DNA of 64,000 nt, taken from assembly GCA_951406725.2 (NCBI GenBank), contig OX597818.1, positions 8,184,001-8,248,000 on the forward strand. The letters are read 5' to 3'. Made by a program: the position numbers and the translations under genes. The notes beneath the pieces were generated by a model. It was given only the letters and a program-made list of their open reading frames with translations, did not search any database and was not told the DNA's origin. Positions 30,500 to 45,468 of this stretch are shown one piece after another; the stretch's first letter is position 1, and every line of letters starts with the position of its first letter. Source of the stretch: Octopus vulgaris. Taxonomy: Eukaryota.

Positions 30500-31430
30500 T
30501 GCTACTCATGAAGAAATGGAAATATCCTCGGCTTTCTCAAACGATCAGGGATCCACTTCAACTGCTGCGAGTGAACGCAAGTAGAACTATCATGAAGAGA
30601 GAGGGAATGCCAGAAAGCAGACGTTGTAAGGAGAAAAGAGATTACTATTGGGATCAGTTATTAGTACTGACTCGGTGAATTGGACAGACCAGTAATGATA
30701 AGAAAGAGGCGAGTGATTCTGATTTTCATGGCTACGGACAGGAGGTATGCCAGAGAAATACCAGCACACATCAGAACGTGTACTAGGAACCTGTTTTTGA
30801 GCGATTTTTGCCAGTCTAGTAGCCCTTTTCATGAGCTCAATCTTGGAAGTACTTATTTATTTTATTGTGGGCCTCGCTGGAGACTCGTAGGCTGCCAGTA
30901 AATTTTGGTGGGGTTGTATGTGAATGTTTTTGGCGTAGATAAATATTTAGGTTTGTGCAGTGCTGTGTTATGTGTGTGGTTCAGCTGGAGAGGATTTTTA
31001 TGGCACTGAGGTTCGAAATTAGTGGAGAGCATGAAATCACTAGGTTGCTCATACTTAAGATGTGTGTGAAAATATAACGTTTCTCTGATATCAATAAGTT
31101 TTGTGCTTATATTTTGTACAAAATGAAAGACTCTCGTAGTTCCACAGAAGCATGCCTTCTATGTCACATTCATGGGATCAGTATAGGCTTGGCATGATTG
31201 TTGATGGTTATGGAGTGATAAAGGATAGCATCATCTTAGGAAGACCTGATTTTTTTAACACAACTTCATGAAGGGCTTTGAAGTGTAAAGGAAAATAATG
31301 GGAAACAAAACGGAATCCATTAGGAGACCAGATTTTATGGTATGTGTGACACAAAGAGTCCTGTCAAAAGTAAGCAAATGATACAAATATGAAATATTTT
31401 GGCCCATCAGGGTGCGGATCCTTTGGGATA
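30500..31430 (-). mobile_element. Highly decayed LINE RT remnant (CR1/L2-like)
   Basis: Weak ordered motifs on the minus strand: PKGS, *DDAILYHSI, KIELMKRATRL. Confidence 0.3.
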
Positions 31431-34400
31431 TTTGCATTTATAGACGACCGAAATATTTGCTGACATCTAGAGAAACAGGGAGGGAGATACATAATGAAAA
31501 TATTGGTTCACCTAATTTTCTGTGAGGAAGCGCAATTGCTGATGATATATGACATCAGAATTCCAGGGTGTCTGGTTTTACGGTAGTTGTACTAGTATTT
31601 CTTCCTCTGAGAGTGAGAGAAAGTATGTGTGAGTGTGGGAGAGATAGTGATTCCTAGTATTAGAAAACGTCGCTAGACAACGATTATTTCCGCCATCCTT
31701 ATGATATTGGAAGTCAGTGCAAAGGAATTATATTTGACTGAAAGCGTGATCTTTTGGGAATGATATATATTTCATTGCATTCACAAAAATCGGTGAATGT
31801 CCTAATCGAGAATGAAAGATTAATCGTCGAGGAGAGGATGTCAGAGCAAAATGGTTAAATTTACGTAAGGTTCTTGTAAATATTGCATTTTGTCGTTTAA
31901 TTGGATAAGATGGCTTTGTACATAGCATTTACATTACCTCCAATACCAATGTAAGGGCAGGAGAATGTTATTCCAAAGCTAGGGACCTGTGAAAGATACC
32001 CATGGAAGAGATGCCAACGTTATACGGGTGATACACTAAGTTTGTCATTAGAATGCCAGAGTGTGATTTGAAAGTGTGAAGACCTGGGAAAAATATTGCA
32101 TGTTATTTTGCCTACATTTGTATTTCGAAGTCCACGGTCATTGTCTTACATATAATTTGCCGAAACTTGGGGGAGAAAGAGAAAGTTGATGTGAGCTGGA
32201 TTTGAACTAAAAATGGTAGAGACTGTTATATATACCACAAAGCCTTTACATTGATGTTCAACTGATTCTGCTTATCAAACGCCTATAAAAAAACATAGCA
32301 TATGAAACACTACGACATTTTCTGCTTAGAACGCTGATTTTTTACGAGTCAGCAAAAGGTGTTTCATCAGCAGGTAATATGAAGTATGAAATGCGAAATG
32401 GATTTCAAACTAAAGCTGAGATATTTACTAAACTTTTTACTTTGACTTAACATAACTATTATGGGATATTCTCTTCACAAAAATATAACTTAATTATAAC
32501 TAGTAACAAATGCCCAATGCTACCATTACTAGAAAAGTAAAGAATTTGATTACACTAGTGTTTTATCTTCTCACCAGAGACAAAACGACCATCTTCTGTC
32601 CAAGCAGTAATTATTAGTTTCAGTTATATATAGTATACACAATTTCGATCCCAGATAAACTTATCTCTCCACTTTGTATATCAATGTAATTCTCGCAAAA
32701 AAGGTAGTTAATTGCTTAATAGTGAACTATAAAAACATTTTGGGATATTCCAAAATTTAATGTGTGTTATAATTGTTTTATGAACTTAGAATTTTACTTT
32801 TGTTGAGAAAGGTAAACGAAGTGGTTATAGTAAAAATTTTTTATCGTTCCGTGCGCAGTAAAAATGTGAGATATCTGAAGAATTTGTACAAATAGTAGGT
32901 AAATCTCCTTTAAATTGTTTAATATTGTTTTCGAAAAGTACTGGCCTGTTTGGAGAATGCAGTTCTACATAAAGTATTGTTGTAAAGAAAAGGAGCCTCA
33001 GAATCTTCACTACTCATCTGCCTTTTATCACACATAATGAGAAATTGGACGAAGTTGAATTTAAACAGAAAGAAAACTAAAATAAAAAAAAACAAGACTC
33101 TAACCTGTAACAAATGTATAAATGCGATGACCATAGGTGTTTGCTAAGTACCTTAGATATTTAATAGAGTGCGACAGTATCTGACGTAATACAAAAATAT
33201 AAGTCCTTCGACCATTATTATTAACAAAGAATATATTAATAGCAGAACATTCGGAATTATTCACAGGAAATCTGACAATCACTGCAACATATAAAATCTA
33301 CTGCTGGGCACCGAGAAATTACCAATAAATATGTCATCTTTGTTAATAATGAAGAATTAGTTGTATAGCGAATCTCATAGCGTTCAACTTATTAAAAAGA
33401 TCAATCAAAGGAAGCAAGAAATATGAAAATATTAGAAATATATAGGATAGCGTATTATTAGTGAAAACTGAAAAAACCTGAAGCTAAAAAGAAACTATAT
33501 TATGTAGAGTAAACAGCAAATAAAAACATGAATGCTGATATATGAAAGGTTCTTACACATTATTGCTGAGAAAATTACTTTTTTTCGTATGTAGTATTAT
33601 GTATGGGAATATATTTTTGCAAACAACATTTGACAGATATGTACAAATTGCACAGAAAGATATGATATTGGACGACGAAGTCATGAGCTGAAAGTTTCAG
33701 CTTAATTTACTTATCTTTGATTCTTTATGATAGTTATTTATTAAGCACATTGATTATTGACTTTATTTTTAAAAAAAGTGCTATGAATTTCGATATTTAA
33801 ACTTAGATGAGTTGACATAATTCCTGTCTGTTGTATCCAACAATACGTACATTCACACATGCATACATGCATACATACATAAATACATACACACGTGCAC
33901 AGACTTATACATTCACGCGTATACAGTTATTAAGAGGAGGCAGTCACAATTTCGATAACTACTATTTATTGAGGTTTCCCTCCCCTTAAATCCTTCGGCA
34001 GTAACTGTGGTTTGTCGATTCCATTGATTTATAGCAATATATATATATATATATATATATATTTGTGTGTGTGTGTATACATACACTATTTGTTATCATA
34101 GGTTTTGGGAAAAAGGGTGCTTTGTGTCCGCCGTTTGAGATGTTCTTTGTCATTTGAAATTTATAGGTGCGTGTGTGTGTGTGCGTGTGACGAATTGTAA
34201 AACAAAGCATATATAGGAGTGTGGAGACGACAAAAACAAAATGATAAATAAGAAAGTATCTTCTGGGTTGGTTGAATTGATGGCAGGTTAAAAGGGGTCA
34301 ATATTTTATCAATTGCAATAAATTGTAGATTTTAGTCACCTAATGGTTGATTTTTGTTCACCTGTTCAATGGCTACTTATCTATAACATTCCCCAAATTG

Positions 34401-34450
34401 TTTGGAAAGGCTTTTAAATGTTTGTGTGCATCAGTACGTGTGTGTGTTAG

Positions 34451-34481
<31 letters not shown>

Positions 34482-36441
34482 CAGAGAGAGAGACAGACAG
34501 ACAGACAAGGAGAAACAGAGAGAAAAAGAGAGAGAAAGAAGGAGAACGAGAGAAAGAGAGTGAACATATGCGTGCATGATTATCTGAGTGAGAATGTGTC
34601 TGTGTGTTGATTGTTTAAGACTTAATATTTTATCATAATTTATATCCAATGACCATTTAGATGGTTCATCTGGAGAACTTTTTTGTTAGTAAGATAATCA
34701 GTTGCTTTTATAGATATGCTTTTTATGCATTTAATTTCAGGGAAATTTTTTATATAATATATTTTCATGTCTTTTCAGTATTTTGGATGAACATTTCAAC
34801 AATTGTAAAATAGAAAGATCTTGAATTTGTTATTACCGCATATTTCTAGATGTTTGCCCAGTGGGATCTTATGCAATTCCAAAGAGTTTCCAGTCTCAAC
34901 GATACTATTTTCTATGCATTTGGGACAGGTTATGTATTATATTAGATTTTGTTTTTTATAGTTCATAATTCCATTTATTAAGGAGGATACCTGTTAAATT
35001 TTATGAGAACCAGAATCCAATTATTTAATTTGTTATTTCATATTCTGCATCTATTTTTCTCTGCGTTCTTTCACAGAGAATTCAAAGTTTACCCTGATTT
35101 TCTAATATTTTATATTTATAATACTCTCTGCCCATAATGCTTATTGCCCTACATTTATAATATTCTTTCAGGATAACTGAGTAGTAATTTTCAGTATTAG
35201 TAAAGCCTCCATTTTTAAAAATATTTATTTATCTTAACAGAAAAAGATAAGTGTGTGGAGTGCTCATTATAGACAAAGACTATTATACACAAAATATTAG
35301 AACAGCTAACATACAAAAACTACTATAAAAAAGGGGCTTAAATGCTATCTACAACGTTAAAACTACTCCTTAAAAGAAATAAAGTGATTATAAGTACAAT
35401 GAAGCTGGTCATCATATAACTGATAACACATAAGAAGTAAAGAAGAGAAAAATAAATCCGTTTATAAACACACACAATCAAAGTGAGACCAGTATATTCA
35501 ATGCTATAAAAACAAATCTAACCATACTGCTTGAAAGCCTCTAAATGAGATATGTAATAGAAGACAGTTACACAAGGAACAGCAAACGTTAACAAAGAAA
35601 TCTCAAAACCACCTCCTAAGGGTAGAATTCATATCACGTGATAACTCTGAATTGTCTGCGAAAGAACATGAAGATGATAGATGTGGAATATACGGTAACA
35701 ATAAAATTTTCAAATATTTGGATTATAGATCTAGTATAAAATTTCAAAAGGATACTCCTTCAGAATGGATGCCAATAAAACATAGAATCTAAAATATTGC
35801 TTAACTTACCCTAATTGCAAGGTAAATCATATCGGCGAGACTTGGAACTGCCTTTCTCAACTTGCAAAAATTTATAGAAAGCATTAAAGAAATGGAATCA
35901 CATAAGCTCCCCCTGAGCAAATATCTAGAAACGTGTGCAAGTAACAGATTGAAGACCTTTCCCTCCTATAAAGCTACAAGGTTGATAAAATTTAGAGAAA
36001 GGATATCGCAATATATTTAATTTTTTTAAAAATCACTATAACTATGTAAGTTTTCCCCCGATCTTTCAAACACTCAATACACAACACACCCATTCAGCTG
36101 CGACGGAATCGCTGATCAGTTAATGACTAGAACACACAATTTTCTGCAATTAATAAGATATTTGACCACGTTCAACCCATCACCAATTCAACTATTCAAT
36201 AAAACAACACATTAAAAATGTTTCCATCTTTCTCTAAAAAAGCTCCACAACGCCACATATGATTTGTTTAAAATTCATCACACACACATATATAGGTACA
36301 TACATACACACATAAATATTTAGAATAAGAAAAGTACCCCATGAACTTTTATAAGGCTCCCGAAAACCCTTTTTGGTATAGGAAGAAAACAAAGCGAACC
36401 CTTGAATATATTCAATTAAGACGCACACACACACACATATA

Positions 36442-36484
<43 letters not shown>

Positions 36485-36577
36485 GAGAAAACGTTTTAAC
36501 AATCTATAATTCATGTCGAATTTTGAAGGGCGTGATGTCGCTCAGGTTTTCCCACTAGCATGTGTAGACCGTACCTC

Positions 36578-36627
<50 letters not shown>

Positions 36628-36630
36628 ATA

Positions 36631-36776
36631 TATATAATATTAATTAGAGACAAAACCACTATTTTGCAAAACAAACAAGGAAAGACTTGATCAATACGTA
36701 CAATTTTATGTATTGATTAAGTCTTTCCTTGTTTGTTTTGCAAAATAGTGGTTTTGTCTCTAATTAATATTATATA
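36631..36776. repeat. Near-perfect ~70 bp inverted repeat (hairpin) within (TA)n
   Basis: Arms 36631-36700 / 36708-36776, loop caatttt. Confidence 0.92.
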
Positions 36777-36876
36777 ATATTTTACTATAAAATTGGATTT
36801 AATCCTAAATCTGATTTTTTTCCCTGTAAATTTGGATTTATTCCCTAATATTTATTATTATATATATATATATATA

Positions 36877-37593
36877 TTTATAAATGAGGGTGAAAAATTT
36901 GATATTAATTTAATAATACCATCAATTTAACACCAAGTGGCTTAGCACATAAAAACCAGGGATACAATACAAATTTATACATAAATATGAGAGAGTAACC
37001 ACTATGTGGTAGACTCTAGTGCTAAAAATAGATCCGCTATGGTATAGCCACTAAAAATTGTTTCTAAGGAGAAATAACACAACATTTAACGTAGGGTAAG
37101 TGAAAAATAGAGAAAAGAGATTTTATGTACTAAGCCACATGGTGTTAAATTGATGGTATTATTAAATTAATATCAAATGTTTCACCCTGATTTATAAATT
37201 TAATTATACTGCAGTAAATACTTTATGCAATATTCGTTTCCAGAAGTCTTATCACACTTTTGGCGGGGGAATTTGAATCATAGCTGCTAATACAATCGAT
37301 TGAACCGCACGTGTGTTTGACGCTGCGTCAAAATTTAACGTGCGATTTAATAAATTGTATTTTAGACAAACTTCTGCTGATGAATTATAGATGTTATGTA
37401 AGTAAAATTGCATATTACATTAATAATGAAACAATTGTCCAGAGTTAATCTATTTTTTCGTTATTTTTCACTTACCCTACGTTAAATGTTGTGTTATTTC
37501 TCCTTGGAAACAATTTTTAGTGGCTATACCATAGCGGATCTATTTTTAGCACTAGAGTCGACCACATAGTGGTTACTCTCTCATATTTATGTA
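36877..37593 (+). mobile_element. Non-autonomous TA-flanked element with interleaved inverted repeats and a hammerhead
   Basis: IR1 36877-36954/37121-37198; IR2 36976-37109/37462-37593; internal hairpin 37288-37361. Confidence 0.75.
37372..37444 (+). ncRNA. Type I hammerhead ribozyme, canonical core
   Basis: UUCUG-CUGAUGA-[44-nt stem II auuau..uauguaa/uugcaua..auaau]-GAAA-CAAUUG-UC-CAGAG; GUC cleavage triplet. Confidence 0.9.
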
Positions 37594-38369
37594 TATATAT
37601 ATATAAAATATCTATGTTATGTGAACCGACATTCGAATATCCCTGAACTCTAATTATATCAATAAGGAATAGTATTTCCAAAAGGATAACAAGGCTTTCG
37701 TATATTAAAGAAATATTCAATCAAATTGCTGAATATTTCAAGGTAGCCCTACCTAGATTTGTGTATATTGGTAAAATTACCTAATTTACCGAATACTCTA
37801 TTTGAGACAACGTAATAACATCAACCTATATACTACTTATTACTATTAACTATAATATTCATTGCACACTCTTAAACAGTAGAAAAGAACACACGATGCA
37901 GCACACACCTCAGTAACACGGAGGTGTAGCAGTTGATGCAGTAGAAATTTGCCTGTCTACCAAATGTTAAACAGATATATGATAATAATTCTTTTTTATT
38001 AACCACAAAGGGTTTTAATTAAAAAAAAACACTATGGACAGTACACGACAAAAAAAAAGAATATGTATGCGTGTGAGTGTGTGTTGTTGTGAAGGCTTTG
38101 CGTGTAAACAAAAAAAAAGAAAACAAATTCAACCATATGTATTCCTCAATAAGGAGAAAATGTTCGAGGACTGCGCATGGAAAAACACCATAAAAATCAT
38201 GGTAAACTATTTTCTTTCTTACCTGAGCATACACCTGTAGTTGTACACACGCACTATTCTCTCAACTTTCTCCCGCCTTCCAGCAAACTGACTAGAGGAA
38301 AACACTTCATTCCCTCTCTATCCCTACTTTCCTCTTCACCTGAAACGTGAAGAAGTTGCTTAGGAATTC

Positions 38370-39560
38370 GCCAAAAAGAAAAGTGCTTGTCTTCAGCGCC
38401 TTTACTCTCTTCTACCATACAACCTATTTCGTGATAGTCACCAGGTATACAGACAGACTTTCCTTCTACGTTAAAGGAAGGTGGTGGAGCGACATTCAGG
38501 ATGGATTCAGTTGACAGCCGGATCCGTCATGCACGGGGTAGCAGGTGTTCGACATAAACCCACAAGTCAGCAATGCTCGGACACTGGAGAAGGACATGCA
38601 AGTTCGTTGTCTCATCCTTTATGCATCACGAACATCTTCGGCTGATGGCAACTTCATGCCTGTAAATTTCTCTCGAACAGGCAAAGTTCCCCGGTAACAT
38701 TACCAGGCCAGAGACATTCGGAAATTATCCGTCGGTTCAGAGGCGAAACTTTTATGGAGAAGAGTGCGCCAACTTAATCAGACAGTGGCCGGGGCAAGCA
38801 GTAGCAAATGATGGATGTGATGTATGAATTAGCCACCCCTGCCTGACCTTTCAGGGATAGCTTCTTTCGGCCCATTTCTGAGTGAGACTAGTCACTCTGC
38901 TCGTTACCTCGTCCCAGTTATTGTCAGTCCTGAGGACCGGACCAAACGAGACCCCGTGCAATTTACATGGTCCGTCCGTCCAGCACTCAAGGACGCAGTT
39001 TGATGGCATGGAATTTCTTCCGCAAGCACACTGATTTTTCCTGGTAAATTGTCACTCCTGACACCGCCTCCTAGTCCCTGGGAGCAGTGTGATGATTCCT
39101 ATTATCTTATGATCAGACACCACTATGGTGACGTCGTCGGCATAGGCTGAACAGTATCTCACACATCCTAGGTCACGCGGAATGCTTCTCTGTGTCTCCA
39201 GTTTGTGTATTACGTACAAAATTGACAAAAGGGACAAATAACCGAACCGAGTGCTTCATAAGTTCTGAGAGGTGACCCATTAATCGTACCACTGAACAGA
39301 TTTCGTTGTACATTGCAGCAGTCTAACCCCTAAATACATGTCCAAAGCCGACTGCCATGAAGTCCGCCTCCAAGCATAGATGGTCGAACCTATCGAAAGC
39401 TTTAGACTGTTGTAAATTGATCAGAGGCCTATCCATGCGATGTTCCTTAGCACACCTTCTCAATGATGTATCGTATGAGGTGGAGGTTGTCGAAGATGGA
39501 TCTTTTTGGGATGGTGCATGTCTTTCCCTCCCCTACAAGATAACCGGTGAAATCACCAAC
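38370..39560 (-). mobile_element. Decayed L1/Tx1-clade ORF2 fragment
   Basis: QSKAFDRFDHL and SAYADDVT motifs; RKKLSLKGQA. Confidence 0.82.
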
Positions 39561-39591
39561 CGCATAGCTAATACCTTAAATGATGATGATA

Positions 39592-39640
<49 letters not shown>

Positions 39641-39641
<1 letters not shown>

Positions 39642-41788
39642 AAGGTGTTCAAGACAGATGCAAAGAAATTTCATAGGGAAATTGGCGAAAGTAAGATAGA
39701 AGTAAAGGAGTCATCTAAGACTAAGGAAATGGAAAGAGATCTTGAAGAAGATATGGATCATCAAAAAATAATATAATGCCGAAGCTCACTATATAGAAGA
39801 TGAGAAAGTGAGTGGGTGAAGTTGAAGAGCAGAAATGAGAGGTAATAAGAGTAGAAGAGCTAAGACCTGTTCTTAGAAAGACTCACAAACGGAGCACCCC
39901 AGGACTGGACCGGATGCCTAAATTCTGGCTGAATTGTTTTATTGTTTTACAATAACATTTGTTTTACACCAACATTTTGCTGTGTCCCTAACTGATGTCA
40001 ATCAGAATCCAAAGCACAAAACGTCCTGGCTGACCAAAGGAACAACACAACGTCTACCAAATATGAAGAAACAACAAATCTAAAGAACTATCGATCAATA
40101 TCATGTCTCAAAGCCACCTACAAGATCCTCATATCCATAACTGAAAGGATTTACACTTTTCCTTTAACAGAAATCTATCCTACCACAAGCTCAAAAATGT
40201 TGTACACTGAATTCTTATAGATTAAAAGATCAATTATTCACAAATAAAATGATTGTAGACAATTGCCGAAGCAAAAGAAGAACATGATAGAATGCACGAA
40301 AGTGCTTGATAATTGGCTACTTAAGGACATTGAGATACATGAGATCTCTCCTATCGTTTCCAAATTCTTACGAGGTAGCATGGCCAAGTGGAATAAGCGT
40401 CTCCTTCTAAACCATAGTAATAGGATGAGCCAATCTAACATCATCAACATCAAACAAGACTACTTTCAAGGTGACTCACTCTCTTAATTATACTTTTGCA
40501 TGACACTCATCCCACTTTCAAACAAACTGAGTAACACCAGTTATGGATTCAAAGTGTATAATAATATAGTAAACAATCTGTTTTAGATAGGCGGTCTGAA
40601 TACGTTTGTTAGAAATGACGAAGTGCTAGTAGGGTTATTAACAACTGTTAAAGAGTTCAGCAATGACATCAGGATGGACTTTGGCTTTGATAAATGTGCT
40701 AAAGCTACTTTTGTAAAAGTTAAGCTCAAACGAACAGCTTCCATTAAATAAGAGACCGACACAACCATCAAGGACCTTTATCCACAAGAAAGCTATAAAT
40801 ATTTGAGGATAAAACGGAGAAGGTATGCAACATGTTACTATGAAGGGATAAATAAGAAAGGAGTATTACAGTAAAATGCGACTCATAGTAAATACTGAAC
40901 TAAACACCAAAAAATAGTATCGAAGCCCTTAACACCCTAGTATTTCCAGTATTCCAATACATATTTAACATCATTAATGAGAATCTTACAGAGCTCCAAA
41001 GTTTGGACAGGAAGACAAGAAAACTACTAACTTTAAAGTATATGCACCACTTAAAAGCAGACGTTGATCGTCTGTACCTACCCGGAAGTGATGGTGGAAG
41101 AGGAATGATGCAGGTAGAGCTGTGCTATAAGACCTGCACAATAGCAATGAACAAGTACTTATATATTACAGAGGATTGGAGGTTGCAGCTTGTGGCAAAC
41201 ACGAAAGCAGAAAAAAATCACATTCACTTGTAAAGGAAGCTTGCAAATTCGCAAAGGAACTTGGCATTAAACCTGAAACCACTGCCATCAAAAATAAACT
41301 CTGATCAAATAGACAGCAAAATAAATAAATAAATAAATAAATAAATAAACAAGCAGAAACAAATTGAGGAGCGGTGGAGCCACAAGGCTCTTTACGGACA
41401 GTGCATACTTCAAAGCTAAAATGCTGATGTACACCAAGCAACAACCAATCAGAGGGTGAGAAACGCAAGACCGAAGGTAGAGACTGAAGGTTTCACATGA
41501 GCAGCACTAGATCAGAGCTTGCTTACAAAAATCAACTAGCCTAACTTTTTTCAAAAGGGATCTGACTCTAAATGCAGAGGAATTTGATGAAACAACAGAC
41601 CATCTCTACTCTATCACTCAATAATAATGATAATATTACATGCGCTATTAGGCACCGCAAACATCCTACGTAAAACATATTTAATACAGTAAAAATAAGA
41701 ACATCACAACAAATCAAAGCAAATACTCAAGGTACACGTGACTGCGCTCGGTAGTGCATTGAAAGCATTTCATAAAAATAAGACGACA

Positions 41789-41790
<2 letters not shown>
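39641..41790 (+). mobile_element. R4/Dong-clade retrotransposon, 5'-truncated, decayed
   Basis: FKTDAKKFHRE, PKNYRSISCL, FQGDSLS, DFGFDKCAK, MHHLKADVDRLYL; between (GAT)n and (AAT)n; 3' UTR shared with 45360-45457. Confidence 0.9.
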
Positions 41791-41844
<54 letters not shown>

Positions 41845-41970
41845 GTTATAATAATGATAATAATAATAATAATAATAATAATGATAATAATAAAAATAAT
41901 AATAACAATAATAACAATAATAATAATAATAATAATAATTATAATAATAATAACAACAACAACAACAATA
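41791..41970. repeat. (AAT)n/(AAC)n microsatellite
   Basis: Direct inspection. Confidence 0.95.
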
Positions 41971-42422
41971 ACTAGAAAGTACATTTTATTATTAGTAGGA
42001 GAGATAATAAAAAGATCGAAGATGCTTGCATGTTGTTCTATGCAGGAGGGATAGTAAGCACCAGAAAGTTAGATATCTCACAGGGACAAATTATAAAGGA
42101 GCAAATCTCAAAAAGGAAATTCCAAAATAAAGTGAAGACTTGAAGACAAGATCTGAGTAGAAGAGAAGCCTGAAGAGGAAACAAATTAGGAGACACAAAG
42201 TGCAAATCTTGCCCCGATACATAGTCTAAGAGAAACGATTTCGAACAATAATAGAAGTGTTGAAACAACGGTAGCACGCAAGCTTAGTATCAACAAATTA
42301 GATTATATTAGACAGACCAGAGCAGATTCTGTAACCAAATATATAGTGGAGAACGAAGTTCTGAAGATGAGAAACTTAATGCAGATGGAACCAGAAAGTT
42401 CTGGAGTAATATTTGGTACAAT

Positions 42423-42635
42423 AGGCGGTGAGCTGGCAGATACTTTAGCATGCCGGCCGAAATGCCTAGCGTTATTTTGACCGTCTTTATGTTCTGAGTT
42501 CAAATTCCACGCGGTCGACTTTGCCTTTCATCCTTTGAGATTTTATAAATTAAGTACCAATTGCGTACTGGGATCGATCTAGCCGATTGCTGCCTTCCCC
42601 AAAATTTCGGGTCTTATGCCTAGAATATAAAAGAA
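42423..42635 (+). mobile_element. SINE family C (Nin-like domain)
   Basis: GGCGGTGAGCTGGCAGA...GAGTTCAAATTCC...ttgcctttcatcctttgag...taagtacca. Confidence 0.85.
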
Positions 42636-42747
42636 TATTTGGGACAAACCAGTCAATCATAATAGACATGCAGTATGGTTTAAGAAAGTGTGGGAAGACA
42701 CATCAGAAGTAGCTGATTAACTAGTGCATTAATGAGTAAAGTGTTAC

Positions 42748-42968
42748 TCTTTTACATGTTGTAGTCATTTGACTGCGGCCATTTTGAAGCACCGCCTTTA
42801 TTCGAGGGAATCGACCCCAGGACTTATTCTTTGTAAGCTCAGTACTTATTCTATCGGTCTCTTTTACCGAAACGCTAAGTGACGAGAACATAAACACACC
42901 AGCATCAGTTGTCAAGCAATGCTAGGGGGACAAACACAGACACACAAACATGCACACACACAAACACG

Positions 42969-43018
<50 letters not shown>

Positions 43019-43020
43019 CT

Positions 43021-43052
<32 letters not shown>

Positions 43053-43225
43053 CATATATACGACGGGCTTCTTTGCGTTTCCGTCTACCGAATCCACTCA
43101 CAAGGCTTTCGTCGGCCCGAGCCTATAGTAGAAGGCATTTGCCCAAGATGTCACACAGTGGGACTGAACCCGGAACCATGTGGTTGGTAAGCAAGCTACT
43201 TACCACACAGCCACTCCTGCGCCTA
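42748..43225 (-). mobile_element. tRNA-derived SINE (family A), full length with (CA)n expansion
   Basis: Minus head GGCGCAGGAGTGGCTGTGTGGTAAG ... GGGTTCAGTCCC. Confidence 0.9.
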
Positions 43226-44760
43226 TAAAATATGTTAGGAAATATGCTGAATCGGAGGGGCTCATGAATAGGTTTAGTTCAAGGGTACTGACTAAAGAAA
43301 TTCAGTAGTTTACATGGGAGGCTGAGGAAATAATTTCAGGATTGTTTAATAGAGGAGTAACACCATATTGGATGACTAGTGGGATGACAATACCCATTAA
43401 GGGTAATACAGCTAGCATCTATATACCAAACACTTGTTTACCATTATTGTGGAAACTGTTAACAGGAATGCTTTCAGAAAGCATTTAAGTGCATCTTGAC
43501 AACCAGAATTTATTACCTGAAACACGGAAAGGTTTCAGGGAGAAAGTACGATCTATTATATATAGAGAAAGCAGTTCTAAATCAAGTAAAAGCTAGAAAG
43601 AAAAATCTAACAATAGCAAGGATAGGTTATAGGGAAGCCTACGAATTGTTCCCACACTCATGGATCAGTCAATGTTTTGGTATATTTTCTATAGCAGGCA
43701 ACATAAAACGATTAATTAGCATGAAGAAATGGAAAGTAGATCTCTACTCAGGTGATACACTCGTAATATTTGTCTCATGTTTGATCCAACTCAGTTTAGT
43801 ACTGAGGAAGGCAAAGTCAGGGTATCGGTTCAGAAATAGTAATGGGAAACTTAACCATTTGATTTACATGTATGATCTGAAGATTTTTAGTAAGATTGAA
43901 AAAGAGAAAGATTCCTTAATACAGACTGTAATGCACTTAGGCAAATATATAGGCATGGAATTTGGCATAGATAAGTGTGCAATATTAGTCATGAGAAGGG
44001 AAGAAGTAATTAACATCGAAGGCATCCAACTACGAGATGGCCAGACATTAAAATCATTGAAATGAAGATACAGTATCTAGGAGTATTAGAATGTGACTGT
44101 GTACTAGCTACAGAAATGAAAGCGAATATTGAACAGTACACCGTAAGCGTGAGGAAACTAAATCCGTCAAAGCTAAATGATCCAAATCTAGCAAAGGCTG
44201 CAAATACTTGGGCAGTGTCATTAGTTAGATACTAAGGAGTTTTTGTAGAATGGATAAAAACTGAATTAGGAAATCTAGGCAAGATCTAGGAAGGAATTCA
44301 ATATGAATGGATAGCTCAATCAAAGGCAGGAGGAGCTAAATTATGCCTACCTAGAAAGGAAGAAGGAATAGGGTTTATATTAGTAGAAGACTGCGTGGAG
44401 TTAGCTGGAGTTGGTATAGACTCGTATTTAGGTAATAGTGAAGAAAGGTTATTAAAAGCTGCAACGTATGCAAGACATATGGAAACCAAAACGCAAAACG
44501 AACTTAAAACACAGAAAAAAGAACAAAAATTATCTAACTGGCAGGAGAAGGTAGATTCCCAAAGAAATTTTTAGCAAATAGTAGCAGTGAGACATAGTTA
44601 TGGGTGCAGAAAGGAAAGCTGAAGAGGAAGACAGAAAGTTTGTTAGTAGATGCCTAACATCAAGCATTAAAGACTAAGTAAAACCCAAGACAAAACCAAG
44701 TAGATTCCCAATGTAGATAATGAGTATTTCATAATAATAATAATAATGATGATGATGATG

Positions 44761-45243
<483 letters not shown>

Positions 45244-45457
45244 AGACAAATACATAACAAAAACACCAGGACTTACAAACACATATAACATACAGAAAAT
45301 TGCACTACTAGGCACTGCACACATCCTACGCAGAACACTTTCCATACAATAACCATCAGAGCATCACAACAAATCACAGCACATACCCAAGGCACACAGA
45401 GCTGCGCTCGGTAGTGAAGTGAAAGCACGCTATAAAAATAAAAATAAAACTACTGAA
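45244..45457 (+). mobile_element. Extreme 3' fragment of an R4/Dong element
   Basis: IQKIALLGTAHILRRTLSIQ* plus 3' UTR, ending in (AAT)n. Confidence 0.85.
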
Positions 45458-45468
45458 TAATAATAATA

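Larger units (their letters stand above)
41975..44725 (+). mobile_element. Old R4/Dong-clade retrotransposon interrupted by two SINEs
   Basis: KLNHLIYMYDLK, IGMEFGIDKCA, YLGVLE, WVQKGKLKRKTESL. Confidence 0.85.

Noticed and set aside
32310-32376. Minus-strand CTGATGA...GAAAATGTC
   Set aside because: Stem I and stem III do not pair in register
32919-33290. Hydrophobic, membrane-protein-like minus-strand frame
   Set aside because: Contains stops, and T-rich DNA gives hydrophobic translations by chance
34850-34928. Plus-strand AG/GT-bounded segment (DVCPVGSY...)
   Set aside because: Isolated, with no supporting neighbouring exon
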